Shown piece after piece: positions 26,801 to 43,212 of a stretch of DNA of 64,000 bases. The stretch spans positions 1,116,001 to 1,180,000 of the forward strand of contig JAQGDQ010000018.1 of assembly GCA_030141605.1 (NCBI GenBank), written 5' to 3'. Source of the DNA: Tubiluchus corallicola. Taxonomy: Eukaryota > Animalia > Priapulida. How positions within the stretch are numbered: position 1 is the stretch's first letter; each line of letters opens with the position of its first letter. The notes beneath the pieces are model-generated. The model saw only the letters and a list, made by a program, of their open reading frames with translations. It did no database searches and was not told the DNA's origin. Made by a program: the position numbers and the translations under genes.

Positions 26801-26989
26801 TTTTTTCATAACCGCCTAAGTAAGCCTAGTAGTATACAAGCAGCATTACACAAGTGTCAACATACAAATTAATTAGCAATACGTAAGCTCTTATTTGAGG
26901 TTTTTACCTAAAACGACAAGAAATAAAACAGAGAACAGGGATAAGCAAAACGTAGCAAAAGCGACAATAACTTCTGTAACATCCACCAT
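23857..26989 (-). CDS. SMIM13: Small integral membrane protein 13-like, 73 aa. Exons 26989-26908 and 23996-23857
   Basis: Spliced product MVDVTEVIVAFATFCLSLFSVLFLVVLG|WWIVWKLVLSRFSFVRELLGTSQEPKEKSKSQSRIRPHRSRLDDD*. One TM helix followed by GWxxVWxLxLSxFxFxRELxG, matching human SMIM13 (GWYFVWHLFLSKFKFLRELVG as recalled). Phase-1 GT-AG intron. An acceptor directly before the ATG implies a 5' non-coding exon. Confidence 0.88.
25520..25950. mobile_element. Older, shorter, inverted copy of the 54526-55366 element family, in the SMIM13 intron
   Basis: ggcgctgcttaata...ttttgacccaattaaccgactga and ggagttatttgagtcaa...tttttgagt..attaag are reverse complements of both ends of the 54.5-kb element. Confidence 0.75.
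26149..26468. mobile_element. Degenerate hAT/Charlie-like MITE
   Basis: Ends cagtgtttccaac...gtttgaaccacag with subterminal gggcc motifs. Confidence 0.45.
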
Positions 26990-27967
26990 CTAGGGAATTA
27001 AAGTAATTTTTACATAAAATACAAAAATCATATTTCTTCATCAAAAATAAGTTACAACAATAACAATGGTAGCTGCCCAGTATGAAGTGCCAGTCGCTGA
27101 CATGTAAAGCTTATTATGGTCAGTATCGCACTAGAAAATACAACACTATTCAATACTGTTTATTATTCATGGGCAGCGCCATTACAATAGGATTGCGTAT
27201 ATAATAATATTCGGCTTTTCTTTCGGCAAATAAATTTAGATTCAGTTTGCATTTATTGATACGCAAGGCCGGAAGAAAATAAGACGATAAGTAACGAGAA
27301 AAAATCAATAATAATTAAAGGAAAAGCCAAGCCTTGTTGGAAGTTAAGGTTATTTCGATGTTCACGAAAAATAATTTAAAGATTTAGTAATAAACGTGCG
27401 ATAAGGCTGTGTAATTCGTAAAATCCCCTTAAATCTGGTATCACTTCAGGTTTGGTAGGTTCTTCCATTATGAACGCATATTTTTCCACCATTAACATCA
27501 TATGTCAGTTAAAGAAAAGCAGCGCATTAACTGTTTACAAAAATTAAATAGCTAACTTTGTGACATTTCTGCATGAATAGGTAAGCTGCAGTGCTTTGAA
27601 TTATTGTAACTGGTGCACTCTTTTAGAAAACTACGATGCACTTTAGGAAAGCAAAGAAGCCACCAGCTACGTTATGAATGGCAACAACCACCTAGCCTGA
27701 AAATTTCTGTACAGCAGTAATACATAAATTAACTTTATGTTTTAATTACAGCCTGTTTTTTCTTTCTTATTATATTTTTTGACAACGATAAAGTAAACCC
27801 AGAATTCTAAATGACATGTACTTTCCATTAAGCAAATAAATTTCAAAATCGACTCTGCAATGCAATACGGCTTTGGCAACGGGCATAAAAACGAATCATT
27901 TGATTACTTATTTTAAAAGTTTTTTTTTAATATTATGTTTATTAAGATTCTGCTCTTGTTACCCCTG

Positions 27968-27968
<1 letters not shown>

Positions 27969-28049
<81 letters not shown>
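27969..28049. repeat. (TTA)27 microsatellite
   Basis: Perfect trinucleotide run, adjoining repeat-like sequence (gtcaaaggtca, aaatgaaaggcc) at ~28050-28420. Confidence 0.98.
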
Positions 28050-28050
<1 letters not shown>

Positions 28051-29284
28051 AGGGCACATGCTCCTCATGTAAGGGGATTTATGTATATGTATAACCATAT
28101 GTGCCACTTCCGGGTCAAAGGTCATGGAATGGGAAAGGCTCATTTTTTCTCTTTTCTGGGTAACTCTGTATTCTTTATTCTTGCTTCTACAGTTTTTGAG
28201 CTAGAGCCATTCTGGTATGTGGTTAGGTGAGGTCGAGAAGATTTTTTGTGTAGCTGAATATGGGCCATTTGTATACAGGCAATTTTTTGGTAGGGGTGAA
28301 AACCATAATTTAGGGTTTGGGGGCACAAATGCTTCCAGTGTTGAGTAACAGTAGCGTGTAATGTTTCAAATGAAAGGCCTCGGATTAGGCGAATCGAATG
28401 TGTAACTTTTACCAATTTTGATGGACACTGCCATGGTCGTCAAAATCACAGGTAAGAAGATCTGATTTCAGTGTTTAAATGTTTGCAATACATTGAAAAA
28501 AATGTTTGTGGGGCGTGTTATGTGAATATGTAAAAGTTTTATAGCTCTTTAGAAAGAGAAAGATCTGGTCTATAAGGCTATATAATTAAATTTTTCTGAA
28601 TTTGAGGCTAAATAGCAGAAATTCACATCTGACTCCCACAACACAGATGAGTCACAGTGTTGCTCACTCTTACAGCCATTGCAAACAAGCAATTTTTGCT
28701 TGGAAAACATGTGGCACAACTATCAACCAGAACGTTGCATATTATATTAGTTTGTATTTTCCTTTTCCTTTTCCTTAAAATTGATCTGAATATATTAATG
28801 TTAATATGCTATTGAGAGTAAAATCGATTATTATTTTGCAACATTGTGAAACTCACTGATAACTGAGGAATGAAACACTTGTGAAGTTATGTTGTGTGCT
28901 TAGTCGCCAAGAAAAACAACACATGACTTAGCTAAGAATTAGACTAGTGATTGGTCACTTGTTAAGAAATTATAGTTTTGATTTTAATAAAACCAAATGT
29001 AATTCCTGTAAGCAATCAAGCAGTGTGAATTCAAAGGAGGCACTATTATGCTCTTTAAAATTTTGAATTATGGTCACCCGTGAAAAGGTGACAAGTTCCA
29101 ATCTCACTGGTGCTTTTAAATGTCAAGCATAACAGCTCCTAAAATGTCAACTGTTTTTTTATTTGAAAACAATTTTTATTTGAAAAACAAAAGCTTCACA
29201 AAAAGCACCTCCTGTTGCAGAAGCAGAATCTTACCACAGTTTTAGACACAGTCAGAAACATTCACTAGTTTTAATCACCTTTAG

Positions 29285-30250
29285 TTTTTGATTCGAATGA
29301 CTTTTTAAACAGAATTTGATTCGAGCCTGAAATTGTGGACTCAAATAATTTACTACTTCAACTACATTATGTTCTGTATCATTAAAACACTTAATTTAGC
29401 TCCGATTTCTGGGGATAATCAATTGTAAAAAAAATTATCAGTGATTATTTTTACTATAAAACAAAACAAGCAATATGTATTGTTGTTGCAAGATTGATTG
29501 AAAATCTTTAAAACTGAATTCAAATTCGATTCGGATGGGAAATTTTGAAATTCGGGTTGATTCGAATTTGACTATCAAACATTTGATTTCTGATAGAGAA
29601 TGCTCAACCCCAATGATGTTTCAAGTGTGCATTTTAATGATAAGACTTGATGTACGCGGTTGGAGTGCTGAGTAATATGAACCTATAATTTTAGGTTACA
29701 AACAAATTCAAACTAAAACACCCATTCGAGCTGAGTTCCAATGATTCGCACATTCAAAGTCGAACTTTCTTTACCATGCTTCATGTTTTGTTTTGTGTAT
29801 TTTGTTGAAGAACAACACTATTAATCTGATGCTACCCTAAGTTATAACTACGATGGGTGAGCATATTGAATGTTTGAACGGAATTTGCATGTTCAAATTC
29901 GATTTAAATGAGATTTCTAAATTTAAATTTGATTTTAACCTAAAATTATGGATTCGAATAATTCTCCACTTCAGCTACATGACGTTCGAGTTCGAACGTT
30001 TGAATCGAATTCGAACGAGTTTATTTATTTCGAATTCGATTCGGGTACAGTTTATCAGCAATTTTTGTGCACAATTTCTAAACAAATTCTTAGTGGTTTT
30101 TGCTGCAGGACAAAACCAGATACATGTAATATGCATAATTGTACGGCCGCTTGTTACTGGTAGTTCGAAAACTTGTACAAGTACGGTTCGATTTGATTTC
30201 GAAGGTGACAAATTCCGATTCGATTCACTTTTCGGTAGAAAATGCTCACG
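29285..30250. mobile_element. Cluster of related non-autonomous elements rich in TTCGAA/TTCGAT motifs, upstream of PSMB5
   Basis: Copy ~29855-30250 has ends gggtgagcat...atgctcac with many ttcga units; a second right end gaatgctcaacccc lies at ~29598-29611. Confidence 0.6.
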
Positions 30251-30444
30251 TAATCTTATTGACTACATGAATGAGAGAAGTAAATCAAATCAGGCTGAAT
30301 CGAATTGTCAAGTATTCTGTGAAATCAAAGCATAATTCTGCTATAAGTCACAAAAATGGTGCAACTCATTCTGCAAGCCTGAATAAACTAGTCTACTAGA
30401 TACGTCCTAATATAAGTTATTCCTATATACCACAACCGTGTAAA

Positions 30445-35148
<4,704 letters not shown>

Positions 35149-36492
35149 TTTGCATTGTTTTCAGTCTTCAGGCATTCATTTCAAGTAGGCCCAGTGTATT
35201 TATGTATGTGACTCAAAATAGTTGTACGTTTTCCACATTTATGATGTCAAGATTGTAATTTAGTTATTTAATAAACTTCCTTCCATGAAATGATCATTGT
35301 GACACATGGTCGCACCTTTAACTTTTGCAAAAAATCGTTTTGCATACGAGTCTTACTTGTTCCACTTTTCAGAGACACACTGTACTCCGAAGTACATTAG
35401 CCATACTTCGAAGAGACAAGCGTATTTTAAGCAGTTTTGCAATTCCTAGCCCTTTGCCAAGACTGAACACTAATAAAAAAGAATCTGCATCAAAAGTTAT
35501 TATGTACAATTATTACGCAAATGAAAACTAATTTTTCTGCTGCAAAAATTTATTTTGAAGTTACAGCTGAGTTGCGACTTTCGAAAAGGTTCATGTATTA
35601 AACCACTGTCGCATTAACCAAACAGTACTAGCAGTGCACAGTGAATAAAAATAGTAATGATAATATAAATGTAAGTACAACATTGCCAAATAATCATTAT
35701 TTTATAAACATACCCTAACTTTGAAGCAGGAATACCGATGCAATGTAATAAACAAAATTTTTACAAGTTCTAATAGAAATGAAATGAATAACAGTTAGTA
35801 AAATAAAACCTACCAAAAAACAGGACTTACACAGTATCCTAGGACTTAATAATTATTTCTAGTTACTAGCAGATATTTGCTCCAGTGTAAAACATGTTTT
35901 ATTTCAATTTTAGTGACTGTAAATTCTAAAAAAATTTACCAAAACTTGCTTGTACATAAATTTTTAATTAATTTGATAAGTGCAGAAGTACAAAGAGATA
36001 GGTGTAACTGTTGCAGGCAGGCTAGCACGTTGCAGTGGTCTGCTCTTACTAAACATTCTTCAGGCAAATCACTGCTAAACTGTGCTGTTAAACGAATTCT
36101 TACATTATCGTCCACTAATCGCTCCTAAATCAAAGTCAATGCATTATTACCATACATAACCAGAAGGAACAAACATATTTGAATTAATATTAGCATAGAT
36201 TCCAACACAACTACTAGTACTTTAGTGATTAGGAGGACAACTCTTGCAAATATTAAACCCTTAAATACATTCTCATGCACACACTTCAATAAATACAAAA
36301 TTAAGATAATACCTTATTTGGTCAGCAACTCCTGTGCAGTGAATCTGTAGCTTACATGTATACAGCTTCCAGCTCAAATTCATTACAAAAAAGTAAACAT
36401 CTTAAAGTACTAAATCAATTTTCTGTCAACAAATGGCTATTAATGCATCCTGATTTTCTGCATTAACTCACTAATAATGCACAGCACTTTTT

Positions 36493-39400
36493 TTATTGGC
36501 TTGAGTTGGACTGAGGTCGTCCTCTGCTTGCACCATACCCACCTCGGCTACGGCCTCCTCGGTTTCCACGGTAACCACCATATCCACGTCTATATCCACC
36601 ATAGCCTCCACGTCCACGGTAGTAACCACGACGATTGTACATGTTTGTGCTACCTACTCCAAATGTCTCTTGATTAATAGCACGCTCCTGTCTCCAAGTT
36701 ACCCGTTCCTTGTTTCTATAATAATGAAAAATCTTGTTGAAATGCAACAAAATTAAAAAACATGGATATCAAAGTTATTAGATATCTAACACTTTAACAC
36801 TGGCTAAGTCTTAATGACAAGAATGGTGACAAAGAATAGAAAAAAACAGTTGAAAACAAGGAAAAAGAAAGAAAAGGCTCAACATTTCAAACTAACGCAG
36901 TAGTTCTTCGGGTGAAGGTAAAGTAAATTTTCATTAGTTTTTTGTTTAGATAATATAAAAAGGATATCACACTAAAAAGAAACAAACACGTAGAAAAAAC
37001 ACAAACACAGCAATTAAAAACAAGGGAGAAACAGAAATATAAAATTCCTAGCCACAGCAGCAGATAGGGGCCTTCGGTATCAGGGTTATTGTGATCATGA
37101 ACAATCCTATCTTGAACTTCTCATCCCATCCCGATCCTTATTTCAGGTTTTTGAAGTATATGATGAAAAATGAGCAATTTACTAAGTTATTCATTGCTTA
37201 AATTTCATGATGAAATATATTTTGTTGAGACGGTATCGATTAGCCTTTTGTGGAAATGTGGAATACACTTATATTTTTACTACATGACACGACTACCAGC
37301 AAACTCACTCACTTCGTATGCCTTTTCTGTTGCAAATTTTGTCACCACTTCAGCTAGATCAATTAACTACTGTATTTTTGTTTTTTTTTATGTTTTTTTA
37401 AAACCCAAATTTGTATACTGCTGTGATTCTTAAGGTTTAGTTTTGCATCCCTCTCGGGCCTGTGCCTTAGGTGGTTGTCTAGTTTGTCTAATGGTAGCAC
37501 TAGCCCTGACCACAGAAACTAATGCAATGTCAAACAGGGACCATGGCTTAATTCTGAAAGCAGTTAGGCAGTAGATGTAACAGAATGCAACCCATGTAGA
37601 TGAGGGTGAATGAAAAGGAGTGAAACGACATAGTGTGACTGATCAGAAGAAAAGGGTGAACACAATACAAACAACCCGTGGAGGTGAAAGGGAAAAACAA
37701 AAGGTAAAACTGTACGAAATACAAGATTAATCAGAAGAAAGGGATATGCTAGCAAAGTATTACTAATGCCTCACTTTGGCTAGCATGAACTTTGTTGCTT
37801 TTACATAGTGACCTTTTAAATTACTTTGAATTTACCATATTGTTTAAATTTAAAATTTATTTTTACCAGATACCAACTACTGCATCTGTAAGTTTCTCAT
37901 TCTTTCAATAAGTAGTCTATTTTACAAATAGCTGCAGTGCTAATATGTGAGTATTGCTGCATGATTCACCAACAGAAAATTTGGCAATGAACAAATCTTT
38001 ATATTAGCCGAATCATACTAAAACGTTGAAGGGTTGACTTCAAATGTACTTAGTTTATTAGTTTGCAATATTTATATTTACACAGTAGGTTTCAAAAGTA
38101 AGCTTTGGAAACGATCCTAAAATGATTTTACAGAAATTCAGTTACGTTCTTGTACAATACACTGGAGAGATGACCATGAATATATGTTTAAACATCTGAT
38201 AAATTTTATATCAAAATACAGTAGATAATGCAGTACAGCGGCATCAGTAACTTACAAGCTTGGCTATTAAACATCAAATTCTTTTATAACTCATGGTAGG
38301 AACACCATTCCTTTAAATTTTATTATTACAATGGCAATGTAGCATTGTTCTCAAAGTTTTATAGCTAGACTGAGATAACACTGAGATCGAGGTAAGCGAG
38401 AACAAAATCAGGGAAGCTGTTAATAACTGGAATCAAATTAGGTTCCAATGTGATGGGACTATCCTAGGTTAACAAATTCACAATTGTGTTATTTTTGTTC
38501 ATAAGAAAGTGAATAGTTCACATTGGGTGCATTGCTATGTCTTACCCCTTAAGACGTTCAGATGCTTCACAACTAATGCTGTCGAAGAACGACTTCGCTT
38601 TATCGTAGAAAATCTGTTGCTCTTCTTCATCATTCTGAGTGTCAATATGAGTTTCATTTCCAGAATCATCTTTTTTTTCTTCTCCGTTAATTACACCTTC
38701 TTCTTCTAAGAATAAATCACTACTAGGTATCACCAGTTTCAAACAACAAATTCAATTTCTTCATCTACTTAATATTTCTCAAGTATTTACTGAAGCTAAA
38801 AAAATCTTTGCAAACAGATGGAATAGGAAAGCAGTGTATGGAAAAAAATCACAATTTTTACAAAAAAAAGAGAATTTTTGTAATAAAAAATCAAATGAAA
38901 ATAAAAAGCCAGGTTTCTTTAATTTTTTCTATGGTTAGTGTAGTTACCAGCTATTTATATGAGCCTGTCAAATTTAAATTTTTTTATTTCATCCTTTGCT
39001 CAATGTTATGCTGAGTGTTTTTGTTAAAACATACTTCAGAGAGAAGCTTAGGAGTATGTTATGATATGAGGTACAATGGTAACTTTGCAGATAGACTTGC
39101 AAAGTAGTGTTACCAGTGCAAAGCTCAACTTACACGACCTGATTTTCATCTAAATGTGCTCAGCCCATACCACACACATTTTGAAGGCAAATGCAGTATT
39201 TCACTATTTTTCAATGGTCCCTACAGTAATTTTGATAATTATCAGTGCTGTAATAAACCATTAAGGTAGGTTTATTAAGGTAACTTAATTAGTCAGAAAA
39301 TGTGAAATAGAGGAATGAATAAAGTATCACAAAAATAACAGTACCATTCGATTTAGTTTCACTCAATTTCAGCTTATGAAATTCTTCCTCTAATTCTTCT

Positions 39401-42400
39401 TTATGAAACTTGGCATTTTCCGCTTCAAAATCAAACTCTCCGTCAAACTTGATAGTATCCCTAGTTTTACTTGGCTGACCAGGGCGCCCGCGTAGGCCAC
39501 CGTGACCTCTACGAGGCATGTAACCTAACACAAAAAATTACGATTACAACTCAGTAATAAATTAATATCTCATTAGTCAAACACTTTAACAAGGGACAGT
39601 ATCGTCTTTACTTCACCATTTATGGTAAGCACTGAAATAATTTTGACATTTATGGATTGAAACAAAAGAATCTGATCATTGATCTGATTCTGAATGTGGT
39701 CATCATTCTTTAGCATTATAGGAATTTATTTGCAGTGCTAATACTATCAGGAAAGTTTGTTTATATTTATCACGGACACTTAAATACTAAAATACTACTT
39801 GGATGAACATACATTTTAACATTTCCTAGCACTCTTGATGCTTGTAAACTCAACAGCCATTATGTCAGAGCCTATGAACATGGTACCTATAACTTCAGTG
39901 CCCTTAATTACAGCACCAGCAACGAAGAATATACCAAACTTGCACATTTGTTCAATTAATGTCAGTTTACCTCTTCCTGGAGGTCTCCTTCCACGATTAT
40001 CTCTATTATCCCTGCTGTCACGATTATCGCGGTTTCTATCTCGATTATCCCTGTTATCACGGTTTTCTCGTGATTCTCTCTGCTCTTTATACTCTCGGTT
40101 ATCTCGTCGTTGCTGTCCACGATAGCTATGCTGATTAGAAAGCCTCTGAGCAGATTGTGATGGCTGACTTTGTTGCTGCGGAGCTGAAAGTGGTGACTTG
40201 CGTCCTTTACTGATGGGGCTACCAACTGCTTTTTTATCGTGTTCTGCTTTAGACACCACCTCAGCCTACAAGAAGATACAATCTTACAAAATATTTTTGT
40301 AAGCTGTTTCACTGAGAAAGCTGAAGTACAATTAAAATTTTTAGTCACATTAGACTTGTTACAGTAACTACGTAGAATGTAGGTGTGACAAACTTATTCT
40401 TGTGAAAGTATAGTGTAAAAGTGAGTAATCTCAGGAAAGAGAACTTTGGTCAGGACCACTTAGAGCTAACTTAAGAGACAAGCCCAGTGTTTGAAAATAT
40501 AGGAAGTTCAGTTGATAAAAAACATGAGGCAGTGTACAAACAAAATTTTGACAGTACAAGTACCTAATAACATACCTGAACACCTTGATCTACAGTTGGA
40601 GAAATCCTTGAAGCAGGTGGTGTCATTGACCTTGACGCTGCAAATAACACAGATGTGGGTCAAACGAGAATAAAAACTTTAGTCACGTCAGTGAACAAAT
40701 TTATTACGTACCCTATATTAAGTCTACTTAATATAACTCCATAGAATCTAAACCACTCTTTTATTAAAAAAGAAACCAGGTCTACTCTAATATTTTTGAT
40801 GACATTAGTGCTAAGTTTTTAATGTTCCTTTTTAATGTTTTTAATGCTAACTGTTTTTAAATATTTCATTGTTGCTTAAAACTTGTAAGTTGTAAGTCCC
40901 CTCTATATAGCAAAAAAGAGACCCTACATGAGCATCATGAAGAAGTGACTTACAAAATGCATTATAAAACACCAAATAACTCTTCAGTAATTCTTCTCGT
41001 TACAATTACTTTTACTGATAATCATGAGTGCATGCAAATCAGCAAAGATAAATTTGTTCGTCATAGGTACTGAAGTATTTTTGAAAATCTTTTCAAGTGA
41101 AACTGAGAAGGTCACCTGGGGACCACTTGGTGATTTGATCTGGAATAACCCAAAAGTAACAGATTGTACACATTTGCAGTGCCAACCATAACACGTTCAA
41201 CTTCATTTTATGGTACTTTGAAAATACCTGAAGACTGTCCAATTGGTTGCTGAGCAGGTTGGCCTATAGCTCCTGGACCCGAGTAAGACTGCTGGTAACT
41301 GGGCAAAGCCCCAAATGGCCCAAAGCTGCTTCCAGAAGGTGCTGCACTGCCAAATGATGGCTGGAATGATGACTGACCTCCGGATGTTACAGCAACAGAG
41401 TGCTATGTTAAAAAATGTGCCAAAAATTTTCGCAAAAATGTATAAAACACATTACTACTAGGAACCGAAATTCCAAAAAATCCGGCAAACTATCAATCCC
41501 ACCTACAATTTAATAATTAAAAAAGTACTGTACTTATTTTACAGTACTAAACTAAATTATTTGCATTAGGTATTCAAAATATGCATTGTAAAAGTCAAAG
41601 TAGTTGGTGCTCAAGGTTCCTATAATCTTTGCACATGAATCCCAGTTAATTACTTACCTATGACGATTTAGTACCTTTTCGACAAATAAAGAAGCATGAG
41701 ATCATAAGTTAATTTTTGTGGCTCAAGATGCCGTAATAACTTCTAACTTATTAAGTACAATGCACCTTTATCCAAGTTAAGTTGCAAGGTAGTAGTAAAT
41801 CGATGAAAAAAGTCTTGGCAAGACAATATAAAAATGCAATGAAACTGTGACTATCAAAATTAAAAATACTATAATACTAGCTTTTGCACCTGGACAATAG
41901 CAGGATCTTGCGCCAAGCCAGACTTCAGCTGAGGTTGAGGTTTTGGTGGCTCACATACTCTCAGATCTTTAATGTCACTTCCACGAAATATAATATATTC
42001 ATAGACCTCATCACGTGGTGCAACTGGACGATCTGTTGGGCGGTCTTCTGTACCAAAAGATCGAACTAAAAAATAGATGAAAATCAATAATTTTACAATA
42101 ATGAAGAAACAGCTATTAGACTATTAAATTTCATAATATTAGTAGATTACTGCTAATTTCTAGATACTTAGCTGTATCAGCAGCTTAGGTGGCTCTCGGG
42201 AATTATCCGCTACCATGTTAAGAATTTTAACAAAAAATAATGAACACTCTGATGCCATTCGGATATTAATCCATGGAAATACCTAAACTACAAACTACCC
42301 AAGTACTACAATGACTGACAGATAGCCTCAAACTGATATACCATGTTTCAATTTTCACCGCTTATAGCAACACCAGTTTTGCAGTGCACGTGCTTACCCA

Positions 42401-42740
42401 AGGCCTGCCGTATGTAAAAACAGGTACCAATTATTGTCCTGCACACAACACATGGATAGAATCAAAATCAGAATAAAATAGGTTAAAGACAAAGCACCAC
42501 AGTCAAGCCCACCTCAACACTTTTTATAACAGTGCAATCAGAAAATTTATTTTACTTTAGGTTGGTTTGTAAAAAGTTTCTTAGCGGTTATTCGTAAAGT
42601 ACATGCGCCTTAAATTTACCTTTAGCTAACGCCACAGTAGATTCATTCGGATCAATTGTATACAAGATTCCTTCATATCGTATTTCTGATTTAGATATTA
42701 AGCTTATTTTGCTGCCTAGATACGGTGTTCCTCCACTCAT
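36493..42740 (-). CDS. LSM14: LSM14/RAP55 (Trailer hitch/Scd6 family) P-body protein, ~463 aa. Exons 42740-42620, 42065-41890, 41402-41228, 40637-40576, 40265-39971, 39524-39345, 38705-38546, 36715-36493
   Basis: LSm domain [30 protein letters not shown]...[14 protein letters not shown]...[14 protein letters not shown]; FDF motif [14 protein letters not shown]; FFD box [14 protein letters not shown]; TFG box [13 protein letters not shown]; RGG-rich tail. Phases consistent. Confidence 0.95.
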
Positions 42741-43212
42741 CGTGCAAGAAAGTTATTATTCACTCTGCAGATAACTGCACGAATTTCTAAACAGTAAAGT
42801 AAAACCCGAATAATCTATAAAATGGCGGGATAAAATACAACACACAACAGAGTCTCTGACTCTCCGTCTACACTCTTTACTATCCTTCTTTCCAACTGAA
42901 CTAAATAGGTGGCGCTAGGTGATTATGTATGCAAAGATATTCCGAAGAAGCACTAAAGGTTTAGGAAATACAGCTAAGCTCATGGATGGCTTCACAACAT
43001 TAGTGACAAACAAAGACACTGTTTAGAATATTATATAAAAATGTCAAAATTTACTTATGCCTATTCAAGTTTAACTTTTATTCGACATGTGCAATTACAA
43101 GAACAAACTGTTGAAATTGTCCTTTTATTCCGTTAGAAAGTTTCGTTTCGTTTTTACAAATACTTGCTTGCGCATGCGAACTAAAGAAATTTTGCTCAGT
43201 TTCAAGTGGAAA
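42741..43212. promoter_or_regulatory. Bidirectional promoter LSM14/TAF4 (472 bp between start codons)
   Basis: Divergent ATGs at 42740 (-) and 43213 (+). NRF1-type TGCGCATGCG at 43169-43178, YY1-type AAATGGCG at ~42821 and at the TAF4 start, CTCF-like TAGGTGGCGCTA at 42906-42917. Confidence 0.75.

Noticed and set aside
27873-28143. Poly-Leu and poly-Ile ORFs
   Set aside because: Translation artefacts of the (TTA)27 microsatellite.
29853-30335. 160-aa ORF and overlapping ORFs; repeated motifs superficially like an array or CRISPR
   Set aside because: Lies in a TTCGA-rich repeat with no recognisable domain; no constant repeat-spacer period; eukaryotic context with no cas genes.
39650-39930. 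Intronic snoRNA in LSM14
   Set aside because: A C-box-like ATGATGA is present on the sense strand, but I found no suitably placed D box or terminal stem.
43087-43212. Upstream in-frame ATG extending TAF4
   Set aside because: Homology starts at MASTKSLED (43213); the extension overlaps promoter motifs.
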